NCBI GenBank assembly: GCA_964016885.1
Contig: OZ024742.1
Coordinates: 48,112,001 to 48,176,000, forward strand
Direction of reading: 5' to 3'
From: Eledone cirrhosa
Lineage: Eukaryota
DNA length: 64,000 bases
Part shown: in pieces, positions 40,900 through 55,879 of the stretch
Numbering within the stretch: position 1 is the stretch's first letter
How the letters are laid out: each line of letters begins with the position of its first letter
Translations under genes and position numbers: made by a program
Notes under the pieces: generated by a model
Told to the model about the DNA's origin: nothing
The model's database searches: none
The model's input: only the letters and a program-made list of their open reading frames with translations

Positions 40900-41600
40900 T
40901 AGCCAAAGATGACGAAGGCTTCAAAAACAAAGAATAATAAGTGCACATAATAGACAGGATGGATCAAAGAAAAAAAGATCAAAAATGCTTGCTGAAGATC
41001 GGAAATGAAAGCAACTATTCGTCAAGAAAAATCAGATGTATTAATATCATCAAGACAGCAAATAGAAATAAATAGAGAACGTCAAAGGCAGTATTTAGGA
41101 ACTTAAGGTAAAACAACTCAAAAACTATGTGAATAGAGAGCACATATTGAGGATTTACGATTTATACATATTGCCGAGTGGAACTTTGTTACAATCATCA
41201 ACAAGACTCAGCTTCTGAACCTTTAACATGAATTTGTTCAACGAATAAATTTCGTCAACATTGTGGTATTAAATTATGGAATGGTGAAACAATTGGGCTG
41301 AGTTGTTGAAATAGGAAAAATAATTTTAAACTATTACCTGAACCACCAGAACACTTTAGGGAACTAATGATTAGTACAACTATTGAATCAAAGTATTTCC
41401 TTTAAAATATCCAGAAGTACAATAATGTATTCCAAATGACATATGTTGGTGCAAATGTCATCTACAATGATCGAAGGGCAAGTGTCACAAAGAATTGAAC
41501 CAATTCTGCTTCACCAAGAAGAGGAAACAAAATATGTACAACTGTAATTCATCAGTGATATGAAAGTCCAATTACAGAAAATATATCAAAGGAAAAAATT
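40900..41600 (+). pseudogene. Possible very old R4/Dong-like LINE remnant
   Basis: A-rich strand with faint, co-linear similarity to the 5.6-6.2 kb Dong region (e.g. YNY*IKVF versus QGYWIKHL). Confidence 0.25.
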
Positions 41601-42018
41601 AAACATATTTTAAAGTCAAGTTGTAACTACAATCATATTGTTAATTACAAAACAACTATATTAAAAAATACAAATATACCCTAGAAATGTTTTGAACGAC
41701 ATTTTCTTCTTCATTTTCTTAAACCATGGTTACAATGGGTTCTTCTGCTAATATACACATATACATATGCATACATATATATTCACATACACATTTATTT
41801 CAATACATACATCTATTCACACACACGCACATGATATATATATATATAATGATTTTGCACAAACATACATTTATATGCACACACATTCATTTATATATCT
41901 GTCTGTCTGTGTGTGTGCGTGTGTGTGTGTGTATGTGTGTGTGAACGGATATATATATATATATATATATACATACGGATGTATATATGTACATATATAC
42001 ACACTCACACACACACAA

Positions 42019-42084
<66 letters not shown>

Positions 42085-44104
42085 TTGTGTAATGCAACTA
42101 GATATAGCGATGTATATGCCAATCAATCCAATGTATAAGTTACGCTGAGACATCTATTAAAATATTTAAAATGCTGATGTGTCAGCAAATAGATCACTGA
42201 GATATAATATCTCTTTGATCGTTATCAGACAGCAAAACTGGCCGATATTGATAGCAGGAAAGGTCAAAATTCCAGTCACATGACATTATCTTATATTATT
42301 TACAAGAATACCATCTGAAGCTAATTCGGTTCATTTGTTAGCTTACTGGTGACATTTACACCTGACATATCAAACAATCGTAATATGTCCATGTCACACA
42401 AATTTTCATGTATGTGAGCTAAAGATGATATTAATACAAATGTATGCATAAATTGTTAATTAAAGACAGATTCTTTGAAAGATTGTCAATAAAGAGATAT
42501 GCCTATACTCTCAACAATTATATATTTAATATATAAAGTTATATCTGTATTAATGCAGTGTGCAACTGTGACTGCTTTTTGAATTTAAATCCCCATAAAT
42601 CGAATTTAACATTTATCCTACCGGGTTTATTGGTAATAAAATAAGTACCAGCCAACTACTAAAGCTTACACAATCGATATTAATCTATAAATATATGTGA
42701 AGATAAATTGTATCAATATCGAAACAATGTCACCGTATAATAGTTGGTACAATTTACGCTGACGATGCAGATTTGCGTTTTCACTTCTAACGTTTTCATT
42801 GACAATGTTGATACCAGTATAAAGAAAAATCTCAGAAAAATAGATATTTCGATAAAAATATAATTATTGCGTTTTCACATTGAGTGTGTATAATTCAGCC
42901 TATATGTGGAAATCTTAGCGACTCACATCTTAATACCGCAAACGAAATTCTGTTGATCAAAGACAAATGACTAGAGCCGAAACCAGTGAATATTTATCAT
43001 TTCTTGACACCTTATATATATATATGTGTCTGTATGTATGAACTGTAAATATCCAGGAAATATTTATGTTCAACGTTTACACTTGAAATTTCCCCCGGAC
43101 ATTTAATACGAAGAATCACGAGTGTTATTTAGTTTCCTGTCTTTATGTTCGGAATTCGAAATCTATGTACTAATTCGTTACTGTTAATAGTTGTATATTA
43201 TTTTATCCACATATTTGTGAACAATAAATTCGTTGGGTTCAAATTTCGAAAGAGACAATTTATCGTTCATTTATCGTTCATTTATCGTTCATTGACTATG
43301 TCGACATGGATTATTTGTGTTTATCAACAAAGCGATTATCACAATGGTTTTCCATTAGAAAGTATCAACTCCGTTCGAGGAAACTGTTAGCATCTATATT
43401 AAGCCACATAAGCGGTTAGATTATATATTTGGAAATGATATAGTCTTGTTCTTGTCAACTACAACATTTCATAACAGATATACTAATTAATAGCGATTAA
43501 ATATATAATGCCAAGGCATAGCAAGCAATCCTTGATTACAATTCAATAGAAATGTATTCAGATTCAACAATAATTAAATATCTAAAATATAATATGTATA
43601 TTTGAAAAAATTTTTTAATAATTATACGAGAAAAATATTTAATTTGCATTTTATATATTTAATAGATTAATACTTCATTTATGTGAACGTATCGAACAGG
43701 GAATATATTAATTCTATACTTGAGGGTTTAATTCACAAATAATAAATCATCAAATACCGAATCATAAAATTAATTTAGACATTTAGCTTTATAATTATCG
43801 ATCGATGCATTTATCCGTAGGATAACTGTAGGATATATTTTTATAAATGTTATCAATTAGTTTATAGATAAAAAGATGTGTAATATACTATGAAAGCAAT
43901 ACACCTTCTGAAATACGAACAACAGAGAGCAAAATCAATTATATATAAAAAAAGAATAACTTTCCTAGCTGGGAGTCTAAACCTGATAATTAATGAAAGA
44001 ACAGTAAATTTAAAATAGTTTCTAAATCGCAGACATGTATAGTAAGAACAAATTGTTGTTTGCCGTCTTTGTGTGGACACAAATGGAAATGCAAAGGAAA
44101 TATG

Positions 44105-44288
44105 ACCCTTAACGGGATCTTCTGAAACTCCGTTTCAGAAGATCCCGTTAAGGGTGAAAGCAGCGATTCTTTGCTTAAACTTTAATCTGTTATTTTAATA
44201 AATATTTGCTCTACGGTTCTTATATATTTGGTATATATCTATCCTTATCGAGCCCTCTTTGGATTTTAGTCTTCAAATTTATTATTAT

Positions 44289-44292
<4 letters not shown>
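44105..44292 (+). mobile_element. Family G element with 24-bp terminal fold-back and HHR-like motif at 44132-44180
   Basis: acccttaacgggatcttctgaaac-tcc-gtttcagaagatcccgttaagggt; GTTT CAGAAGA tCCC gttaa GGGt GAAA GCA..TGC TT AAAC. Confidence 0.7.
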
Positions 44293-44363
<71 letters not shown>

Positions 44364-44449
44364 TGTATACATATGTATCTATTATTGAATAGAACAATAC
44401 ATATAGTTGCATTCAATGGGATATCGATCTAGGTTTATATAATAATGGC

Positions 44450-44650
44450 TTATAACTTTGGCACTACGTCAGCAATATCTTACGAAATAAATTCTAATTA
44501 TATTGACCATAGAACTTGACTTGTACTTTATTTTATTGACCTAGGAATGATGAAATGCAAAATTGACCTCGGCCTATTTGAAGTCAGAAAATAAAGAGAC
44601 AGAACAAATACTGCCGATGGTCTATCATTTCCACGAACCCAACGCCTTGA
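44450..44650 (-). mobile_element. Diverged SINE; further copies at about 49985-50085 (+), 54125-54275 (-), 61140-61290 (-), 61320-61455 (-)
   Basis: tactttatttt..gatgaaatgcaaaattgacctcggc..atttgaa motif shared with 30277-30455. Confidence 0.65.
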
Positions 44651-45694
44651 CCTGAGTTTTAATAAGTCACATATGGAAATTTAAGGAAGAAATATTATAT
44701 CTCTCGAAGTACATTCATCTTGCTATATACAGCAGTTAAATATCCCTCATATTAAACATTAACTTTAATGTAAATTTAGATTGTCTCTAAATCTAAATAA
44801 ATAAATATTAAAATAAGAAATAAAAGATTGAAAGTTCACATTTCAAATGTGTTTCATCATACTTATACTTAAATTAGGATGACTCCGCACTAAGAACAGA
44901 AAAACAATATGTTTGCTCACAGTGATGTCGGATTCCCGCGTAAAACAAACAGAAAAATAGAAAAACTGTGACTGGTGCTATCTACAACATTTATGATAGA
45001 ATTTAAAGAATAAAATTAAAATGTTGTATTCACTTTTCTGTTATATGGAAAAGAAATAATCACCGACGTTTTATTTTGTAATTATCATAAATATTTATAA
45101 TTCTAATTGACAGAAAGTGAAATATTTGCAGTTTGTGTAAAATCACTTTAAATGACACGTCTATATAACTGGTCAATTCATTAATGATGACAATGGAATG
45201 AAATACAAGAACACCTGCATGTCATAAGACAAAGCATCAATTTTATATTGTGGAAGGACTAAAAGTACCGATTACCTTTTCATCTAGAATAGTAAGTGAA
45301 AAATGTTCATGTACTTGAAATATACTTTGTTATATCGATCGGAAAAAACCCCCAAAACCCGAAAAGCAAGATCGATAACCTTGGCGTTTGAAACTGCACA
45401 ACAGTGAATGCAAATAGCGCAAAGAAATCCTGTCCGCCAAATAATGCATCACTTTTATCACTAAACACTCTCAATATTTACACTGAGGAAAATATATAAA
45501 AGAAAATAAGCTAATGAATAGGATTAAGCAAACTGACGTACTCTTCCGTAACTGTGTATCTTTGATACGTTATAGTCTTAGGGTCGGAACCACTACGGCT
45601 GCTCACGTGCCTTCTTTCTCAAGTACTTTCGAGACATTCGTCTTTCATCCGTTGCTACAATCTTACACGTATGTATGTTTCCGAATCTGCCCCC

Positions 45695-45782
<88 letters not shown>

Positions 45783-46034
45783 GATTAGATGCTAAAATTA
45801 CAAGAACTGTATTTTGATTCGAATCAGTTGCTAGGCAATTGCTTTATTTTTCTGGCACCTCTAATAAAATTGATTTAAAAATCTTATTAACTGTTTGTGT
45901 ATCGTGAGATATCAATAAAGCTAACTGTTATATCAGACGGTGATGTGATTCAATTGACAATATGAAAAACATTGTTTTGTTTGTAAAGTAAATCCTATTT
46001 ATTAATATATTCATAACACACACACACACACACG

Positions 46035-46148
<114 letters not shown>

Positions 46149-46269
46149 CAATATAAAATAACACATACCCATTCAGCTATCACGTACGCACCATCTATAC
46201 CAGCTGGTATACGTTCGCGGCAAACTTTCCGCTAGATGGCCCCACCTTGGTCCTGCAATACTCTACCAA

Positions 46270-47100
46270 CATTACATTCTTCAGCTAAAAAAACACTATA
46301 TAGAAATAACTCTTCCAACGGGATCAGCACAATCCTCCCAATTCTAACAATGGATAGCCTAGAAAGAAGAATCTACACTCCAGATGGCGGCGCACATTTT
46401 GCCGGAGATACAGAGATGATCAACCAGTGTTAACCTATTCCAAGTATGAGGCTGATATATTATATAAACATTTAATAAATTACACATCACCATCAAGTTC
46501 GACATCAATCACACAACAGCCGGTGGTTCCCTAAGTCTGCTCGGTTTTACCCTATCCCTAAGTTCATGAAAAGCCAACATCAGCTTCTATATGGAAGAAG
46601 CCAAAATAGATGTCTTCTTTCATCCAGATGCAGGATATTCACAGAGCCTAAAATACCACGTGGCAAGGAATGAACTTATACGCCGCCTGAAGAGATCCGA
46701 TGACGTCACCAAAGCAAGACCCCTGCTAAACAATTTTCGAAAAATTCTGTTCAAGAGAGAGTTTATGAAAAAAGGTTTAGTCCTAATAGTCCTTAATCCT
46801 AACCATTCACAGAAAAACAGCAACGCCTCAAAACAAAACAACACCAATAAGATGAACAAAAATGGGAAAAAGGAACTAGAGCACATAGACACAATCTTGG
46901 TCTAAATCGATACCAAGGAGTACAGAGAAAATCCATTGAATACCAATATACCTAAGAGGTCATCTAGTGTATGGGTTGAACTGCGTGCGCTGGATCAATT
47001 ACATTGGTTCTATGAAATACCAACTGCATAACAAAATACAAGAACGTGTTAAAAAACGACGCTTACAAACAATGAATCAACACAGAGAATTACGTGGAAT
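46270..47100 (+). pseudogene. Decayed PLE (RT, thumb, GIY-YIG)
   Basis: LPTGS..MDSLERRI; HPDAGYSQSLKYHVARNELIRR; LVYGLNCVR..YIGSMKYQLHNKIQE near 46960-47045. Confidence 0.6.
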
Positions 47101-47673
47101 AATAGCCACAAAATTACTTACCGAGTAAAGCGATTTGTTAGACCTAAGAATAGCCGAGGCACATTTTATTTCGAAGTAGGTGTCTACTCTAAAGTGTCTG
47201 AGTGATCTGGACACATGCAAAGACATATAGACATACTCCGACGGGTAATAGATTTGCCAAGACAGGAAGAATTAATACTGAAGAAGGATTATTAATCCAA
47301 TAGCACTCACTATCATGTGACCCATACTAACTCCGTAACAAGACTCGTAGCCACGTAACCGATTACAGTTGTTATACTAACACTAAACCAAATCCTAATT
47401 CTAAAGCCTACCCTGACCATAATTTTAGTTCTAACATTAACTCTCATACACTCTTCATTTTCCACCTCTAGCTTCATATAAACAAACAATAAAGCAGAAA
47501 ATATGTACCTTGTTAGACACGTTTTTTTCATCTATTGTGTTTTATTCTATTCTAGTTTCTCCCTCTCAGCTCCCTATAACTTATTCTTCTAATCTTATCC
47601 TGAACCACACGCATTTCAAAACACTCCACTCCACACTATTCACGTTAATATATTGCTTGATATAAACCAACGC

Positions 47674-47724
<51 letters not shown>

Positions 47725-47745
47725 GTGTGTGTGTGTGTGTGTATG

Positions 47746-47788
<43 letters not shown>

Positions 47789-48261
47789 ATATATATATAT
47801 ATAAATAAAATGGCGAGCTAGGTGTGGTTGCAATAAAGTATAATGAAAAATAAAAGTTACGGGCGAAAGAGGGGAGTATCCATCATCAGTTGTTTGCTAA
47901 GAATCATAGGTATTTATTCGCGTTAGAGACATGATGGCTCAGCCTAGGGCGCACAATAACTAAAATAAGTCATTGGGATAAAAGGTGTGTGTGTGGGGAG
48001 GGGGGGGGGGGGCATGTAAACAGACACGAAGGGTGAAGCAACGTAAAGAGAGGAAAAATAGGAAAAATATCAAGTCAACAACTCATTTCGAACGTAAGAA
48101 CTGGCGAATTTTGACGTGAGAGAAAATGACACGTCTTCGCTGTAGCAGTGGTAGCGGGAGAAGAGACTGCGTACAGTGGCGGACGAGGGAGGAAGTGAGC
48201 TAGCGGAGAGGGAGTGAGTGAAAGTAAGAGGAAGCGAGAAAGAGATAGTTATAGTGGCAGG

Positions 48262-48399
48262 CTCATCAGGGAGCCCTGATGATTTTTCATGAATGAAACA
48301 GTTTTAGTCCTGTAGAACGTCTTCTATATTAACACTTTTATACTCTGCTATGTATTGAGTACCTTACTTACTGTGATTATATTCGATTCAACCCGGAAT

Positions 48400-48405
<6 letters not shown>
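48262..48405 (+). mobile_element. Family E fragment with hammerhead core and tail
   Basis: tcatcaggg-ag-ccCTGATGA..GAAA CAG..CTG TA; tail tactctgctatgtattgagtacc; stem I partner missing. Confidence 0.7.
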
Positions 48406-48474
<69 letters not shown>

Positions 48475-49524
48475 ATATATATATATATTTGGAGATAAGC
48501 ACGTGTCTATAGCGAAATTTAATGCTACAGCATACCTGCAGAGGTTAAAGAACACAAGACTTGCTGAAGAAGAAAATCCTTTGTTCTATCGTCAAAAACC
48601 ATTATCTTGCAGAGCCCTGCAAGCGGAATTTGTCGATCTTGGATTTTCAGAAACCTAGCGCTGATGTTGTGTGCTGTATGTGATGTATATTGTGTACTAT
48701 ACGATATGCATTATATATTTTGCATTCAATCTCACCGTTGTGTCCAGGTCAGTCTAACATCTTTTCCTGAGTCCTGTATTTTCGTTGCTCTGGTGATGCG
48801 GCTGCACTGCCGATCGCTATATTTGATTTGCTAAGCTGTCTAAACGTATTGTTATTACTCTGGGGTACTTTTTCCCATCCGAGTGCTGAAGCTACATACC
48901 GAATTTGCATTCGTTAGCATGGTCGCGATCTAAAGCTTCGTTAATGCTGAACTAAAATGTATATATATATATATAAGCAATGAGCAAATATCAAGTAAAA
49001 TAAAGGACGCATTCTCTCTGCTGTCGAGCACCATAAATTGAACGGTATAGGCTGCCATCTCTAGCAGCTTGTTCTGTTCATATCACCGCTCACTGCCTCG
49101 TGCACGTATATCCCTTCTCTTTACACGTGCGACAATATTGGTTAGTGCGGACAATATTGGTTTTTGCACCTGCTGATGACCTACTAAGCCGAATTGGAAC
49201 CCACTAAATGATGAAACAATCTTCTGTTGAGTTTGTAAAGTGTGATTTAGTTATGAGGTTGATTTGCCATTTTATTTATACTTTTAATTATAATGTTTTT
49301 CCTACATCTGTCTTAGCTTATATTCTCTTCAAGCTGGTTGTTTGAAATCCTGTAAAGGAAAACACAATCTCCTGGGTTTTCCCCTCTATATATTGTATAT
49401 ATATATATAGACACACACATATATATATATATATATATACTTATATAAGCAATAAGTTAATTAATTTGTTGGTTATACAACGAATTTAGATGCAATCCAG
49501 AGTTTTCTTATATATATATATATA

Positions 49525-49690
49525 GTTTTAATATAGATGAGATTCTACAGGACTAGAATTGTTTCATTCATTAGAAATGAATGAAACAGTTCTAGTCCTG
49601 TAGAATCTCATCTATATGAAAACTGTTATACTCTGCTATGTATTGAGTACCTTACTTACTGTGGTTACCTCCGATTCAACCCGGAATAAC
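49525..49690 (+). mobile_element. Family E fold-back turning inside stem II
   Basis: Arms 49531-49571 / 49577-49617 plus tail; (TA)n flanks. Confidence 0.8.
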
Positions 49691-49787
<97 letters not shown>

Positions 49788-50361
49788 TAACAGATTAAAG
49801 TTTGAGGAAAGAATCGCTGCTTTCACTCTTAACGGGATCTTCTGAAACTAACAAAGTCAATCTGTGATCGCAGAAGTGAATATTTCAAAAAATGTTGCAA
49901 CCGGAGGAAGACGGGAAGACGATACTTTGGTTCGTGGAAACGTTCCCTGGCAAAGAACGGAAAAACGAATATAATACGTCATTATGCCGAGGTTAACTTT
50001 GTCTTTCATCCTTACGGGGTCGATAAAATAAAGTACCAGTAATGCACTGGGTATTGCTGGCCTTGTGCCAAATGTATAAACAATTATTTGGAGCGATGAA
50101 AAGCAATTACACGCAAAGACAAAACCACGTTTATGGTATAAAAGAAGTCGTAGACTAATATTCTATTAGGTGGTTCATAGAGACGTTCTCTTGCAATAAA
50201 CGAAAAAAAACGAAGATAATACACACAAACACACACACAAACACACACACACACAAACGCACACACAAATATATATATGTATATATTTATATGTATATTT
50301 ATATATATACATATGTAGAGATGTATTTATTTATACATACATACACACATACACACACATG

Positions 50362-50429
<68 letters not shown>

Positions 50430-50503
50430 AACGCCATTTTAATTTAATTTAATTTAAATAAAAATGTCCTAGACATTACCATTCAATAGGAGGAACATAA
50501 TAA

Positions 50504-50547
50504 TATCACTGATGATGTTGCACATGTGCAACGAAAGAGCTTTGATA
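50504..50547 (+). ncRNA. Minimal type I hammerhead ribozyme, family I
   Basis: TATCA CTGATGA t GTTGCAC at GTGCAAC GAAA GAGC TT TGATA; same family as 19974-20001. Confidence 0.75.
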
Positions 50548-50726
50548 GACTATATATATATTTATATCTGTATATCTTACCGCTAGTCCAGTAAAGATAA
50601 ACTTTGATTGCCAAATAGATTAACTGTGGAGATATAAAAGATACAGAAGCGTAAAACAACCAAACAGTGCTTGTGTTCTGTTATTATTTCTGGCTAAATT
50701 ACAACAATATCACCCTCCCCAAGTAA

Positions 50727-50766
<40 letters not shown>

Positions 50767-50799
50767 TATTATATAGATATATATATATATATATATATA

Positions 50800-53050
50800 G
50801 CCAATAGCAAGACAGGAGAGGTAGATATTTTTTTAAGCTAACACCCCAGTGAGAAAGTTTGCTCCGAAAGTATTGCATGTGTCCGAAGAACTTGCAGATC
50901 TAGAATCAGACAGATCCATACAATGATCCTGTCTCGAGCTATCTGCCGGCGAAACAATTGTAACACACAATAAACTAAGTCCAGATGCATCACTGATTTT
51001 TCGTTTTATATTATATCACACTCTGCCCTGAAAGAACATAGAGTGCTCAACTGGCATACCGCCTATGGAAGCATCATAGCTACCATTAAACACACATATA
51101 TACTACGCTCCTCCACAAGTAGAACGTTTACAGCGATTCGCCATGGAAAAATTAATTTACTCTTCCTCCCTAAAGGACATCCCGATCCCGTCTGACAGCA
51201 CGTACATGGGCTTACTGATACACCAAACCAACTAGTTCGTTCGACACATGAGATGGCACGCATTTCACCACGTCAGAAGGACACAACAACAACACCCGAT
51301 ACCCCCCAGGACCGCCTAAAGCGGATATTTAGATCCAGACGACATCATGGAAGAATTCCAAGATTTACTTGTGCCCTCGGACAAAACTGGTAATGCTTGA
51401 CCGTTTTACATACAACGACTGCATCGGGTAAGAGATTAGGAAAAACTACAGGACCACAGGACAGACAAACTTAGATAATATTAACGCCACAACCAAAAAA
51501 ATAATGACGTGTCTAGGATTAGATGATAGGACCGAATTATATGTACCTAGAAAACCTCGGATATCTATTAAGGGCCATAAATTAGACTTTAGTACTAACC
51601 TACCGGTTAGGTTAATAGCACGCTCAAGATCTGACATAGGTAGGACCAGCAAAAATATCATAGACAGGATATTACCGGTACTTAGAAACAAAACTAGGCT
51701 TAGATTATGGACCTGCACTAAGGATGTAATTGACGGGTTCTCGTTAGTAGGTAACAAGCAGCAGGTAAATTTTATTCAATTAGAGATAGATAATTACTAC
51801 GCGTCAGTATCTCCTGTATTAGTGAACAAGGCCCTCATGAGCGCCATGGCCAGGTCCAACCTCACCAGGGAGGAGACTAACCTCATAGTAGCAGCCAGAA
51901 CATCGCTAATTAGATTCGAAGACAAGTTATGGGAGAGGAGGGATAGACCCGACAGTTTCTATATCACCATGGGGTCGAGCACCTCGGCGCAGGTGACCGA
52001 TCTGCTGGGTATCTATCTCCTCCATAGGTTAGCGAAGGAGATCTCGGGGATCGCCGGAGGAATATAGAGACGACGCACTTTACACCTTCCGTTCCCAAAA
52101 CCCCAGCCAGATGGAGTATATGAGGAAGGGCATATCGCATTTTTTTAAGCAACACGGCTTATCCGTGACGATAGATTCTAGCACTAAGACGATGAATTTC
52201 CTGGACGTTACCCTGGAAATGAATACTGGCATCAACCCACCTTATCACAAGCCCAATGAGAACCTGCAATATGTGAACAGGCAATGAAATCACCCCCAGA
52301 TCAGTCATAGAAGTTATAGTTAATGGGGCATCCATACGCGTATCCCCCCTGTCGGCCAGCGCAGACGTGTTTAAACAGCACGCCGAATATTATAATAAGG
52401 CACTGCGCAAAGCCGGTTACACAGACACCATCGGGTATACCCAGGGGCAGGGATGAGCCATTCGCGGAGGCATGCGGATAGGGTAATAGCGAGGGCACTT
52501 CCATAGGTAGAAGAAATAAACCGGTAGCAGTCTCTAAGAATAGTAGCAACAGAGCTCACATTAATGACAAAGGACCAACAGTAGGAAGGACAAAGGCACC
52601 CTTGGAAGCTAGACCACATAGTACAGGTAGACATGGGCCTGACACGCACACTGCATACTCCGCGGTAACGCGGACTAGAGTACGGCCGTAGCACCCGCTA
52701 GAGTGAACACCCGACCTGGTAGTATTAGTATAGCACAAACAGCAGCACCACTTAGATTTAATGTGACTAGCAGTAGAGCCGACAATATAGAACGAAATAC
52801 CTTCGTAAGTGAAAGGCATAACCTTGACGCCAACAGCAGGAACACAGATATAGACAACACAGGAGACGTAATTATAGACGGACAAAACCCGAGGCGGGCA
52901 TCAGACCCCGGGCACACTCACACGACTACACACACATGAAAGAACAAAACTAGATCCAAGGCTGTTACATAGTTTAATGCACCATAGTCCAAGCATGTAT
53001 GCAGCAACGTGCCAGGGCTTTTTTTCCTAGCGCTAGACGATTGCGTCCTA
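50800..53050 (+). mobile_element. 5'-intact, 3'-truncated Hydra-like PLE, family J: pLTR/HHR, tail, ORF
   Basis: HHR-like motif 50878-50967; ATG 51143 MEKLIYSSSLKDIPIP..RHMRW; VPSDKTGN; KGHK; FIQLEIDNYYAS; ITMGS; YRDD; NFLDVTL; several stops and frameshifts. Confidence 0.88.
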
Positions 53051-53442
53051 TAGGTTCAGGGTACTGGACATAACCCAATGTGACCAGGCTACGCGCCCGC
53101 ATGAATGTGTACCTCTTCAATCGTGAATACATACTCTCCCGAGTTCCACTTTGGAACAGTTATTATTGTTTGTTCCGTACACAGACCTAAGTGTGCATAT
53201 CATACTCCCCATGTGTGGTATATCACACGAATACATGTAACTTCCGCTCTTTTTTTTTATATCTCTATTTTACGTTATATGCATATTTTAGTGTATTTTA
53301 ATATATAGTAAATTTATTTTATTGTTTTTATATGTGTGTATATGCGTAGACGTGTGCGTATGTATATGTACATGTGTGAGTGTGTATGTAGATATATACA
53401 TGTCTGTGTGTGTATGTATATACATATATATGTGTATATATA

Positions 53443-53515
<73 letters not shown>

Positions 53516-54833
53516 ATGTATATATATATATATGTGTGTATATGTGTGTATATGTATCCTGATATTTCGAGATTAACATCTCTTTTTCCAAGGAAAATAA
53601 AGGAACTATTCCAGTGTCTGATGTGGCTTGGTTTACCATGCCGTGCTGGCCGACATGCTATAGTAAATTGCTTTATATGTAGTTCATGATAGAAAAACTA
53701 AATTACGGTGTGACAATTAAAAAAATCTTAATTTTTTTCAGACTTGCTTGAAACGGAATTTTTTACATATCAGACTTATTTTTTCTCTAGGAAAGAGTAA
53801 TGTTATGAGAAAGTGTAGGCTGGAAAGAAGAAGAAAATTACAGATGATTTATCAGCATCTGTAAGCTGGTTGGACAAGTAGTTTTGCCTGCGTGTGTGTG
53901 TGCCCAGTAACTTGCGTCGCGTTCGAGTCGATCGTTGATACTATTATGTATGTCGATTTGTTTAAGCAAAATCTCTAGCTGGGTTTGTGAAAGTGAATGG
54001 CAGTGGCTTAGTGCTAAGTAAGTAAGTTATGGAGAGAGGAAGAAACGTGACAGATATAGACATTTATTGGATGAGGAAGCGTATAGGAGATTGTATGTAT
54101 TCATGTGCGAGAAAGAGATAAAAAGATAGAATCGACCTAAAATTATTAATCAACCATGAACGGATGAAAGGAGTATTTGCCTCCGCGACTTTTGAACCAA
54201 GAACACAAAACGTCGGAACAAATAACGCAAATTAGTCTATCCGACCTTCTAACGACTCTACCAACTCGCCGCCTTTTTTATGAGAAATTAGTGGGAAGAT
54301 AGAGAAATCAATGTGTGATGACTTGATAACTGCAGGGAAAACTCTACGATTATATGATTATAGGCCTCATACATACTGCAATAGCAGAGCAAAAAATTAT
54401 AATTCGATTTGGAATGAAGTCAATAGAATCGAATAATTTTATTGTGAAAGAACACAAACAAAGAGGGTATAAATTTCATTCTTAAAATGTTAGACGATGA
54501 AATATTATAGCCAATAATGTCAAGGGAAGATACAAATGGGTAATTGAAAAATCGAAAAGTAAAATGGCACGAATCAAAGAATAGATATTAAGATATTTCC
54601 CGTAAAGTATGCGATCGTTAATTAGCTAAAAATGTAATCAATAAAGCAATATGGCCAACATGAATGCATCGGTTTTGAAAGTACAATAGCAAAGTATAAA
54701 ACCCTGTTATTAAAATTTAACACGGTGATTTATGAGTGACTGTCAGCCATCGAGATCCTCTTTTGTGTTATTCTTGCTTCATATAAACACACATATATAG
54801 TTGTATATATTCATTTGTGAATGCGCTGGCGAC

Positions 54834-54917
<84 letters not shown>

Positions 54918-54932
54918 TGTGTGTGTGTGTGT

Positions 54933-54985
<53 letters not shown>

Positions 54986-55139
54986 TGTGTGTGTGTGTGT
55001 GTGCGTGTGTGTGTGTGCGTGCGTATGCTTTTATTTATTTATCCATTTTAATGTATTTATTTGTTTATTTATTTATACAGTTATTTTTTTGTCACTACTT
55101 AGGTATTTGTTCTATCTATGGGTCTGTTTTTTTTTATTA

Positions 55140-55760
55140 GTTTAATTCTAGTGTGACTCTATGTCTTTATTGTGTCCTTAGTTGCTACTTTTGAGGTTGT
55201 TGCTATTCCATCTAAATTTAATTTTGTTTGGGATTCGTTTCTGTTTTTCGGTTTTGTAATATGTTGGAGCAATGTGTCTGTTTTCTTTGTGGATACGATT
55301 TTTATCTCGATATCATCTAGTGTGCCTATGTTAAATTCTGGCATGTTCATGGAGTACTCTTGAGTGTTTCCCATCTTGGAGTTCCCGCCTGTGTTATTTT
55401 ATCCTTTTTCCTATACCACAAGCCGTCTCAACTATGTAAGTCTTTTCTTCTCCCTACAGTGCATCCCGTATATATTATGCTATATACTACGTTTCTATTT
55501 TTACAGTTAATGTGTAGGCTTAATCTGCAGACTATTCATTTCCTATCAGTGTAGTGGATGTTCTGAAAAGTTATGTTTAACTAATTAAGGCATTTATTAT
55601 ATTTAGTTCGTCAAGTGTGCTTCTAAATGTGAAATGTTGGTCCCTCTGGAGGCCGCATTAACAAACATTACATTGGTATTAGTTGCTGTCATACCATGAG
55701 TGATCTTATTTGTCTTCTTTTTAGATCTCTCTATCCGACTCAAACATTTGCTCTTGCACG
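55140..55760 (-). pseudogene. Decayed PLE GIY-YIG fragment related to 19300-19730
   Basis: KNRNVVYSII..YIVETACGIGKRIK*H..VLHEHA..GTLDDIEIKIVS. Confidence 0.65.
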
Positions 55761-55774
55761 TCTCTTCGCATGCA

Positions 55775-55838
<64 letters not shown>

Positions 55839-55879
55839 ACAAGCAAATGTTTAATTAGTCAACATGGCTGAATACAATA

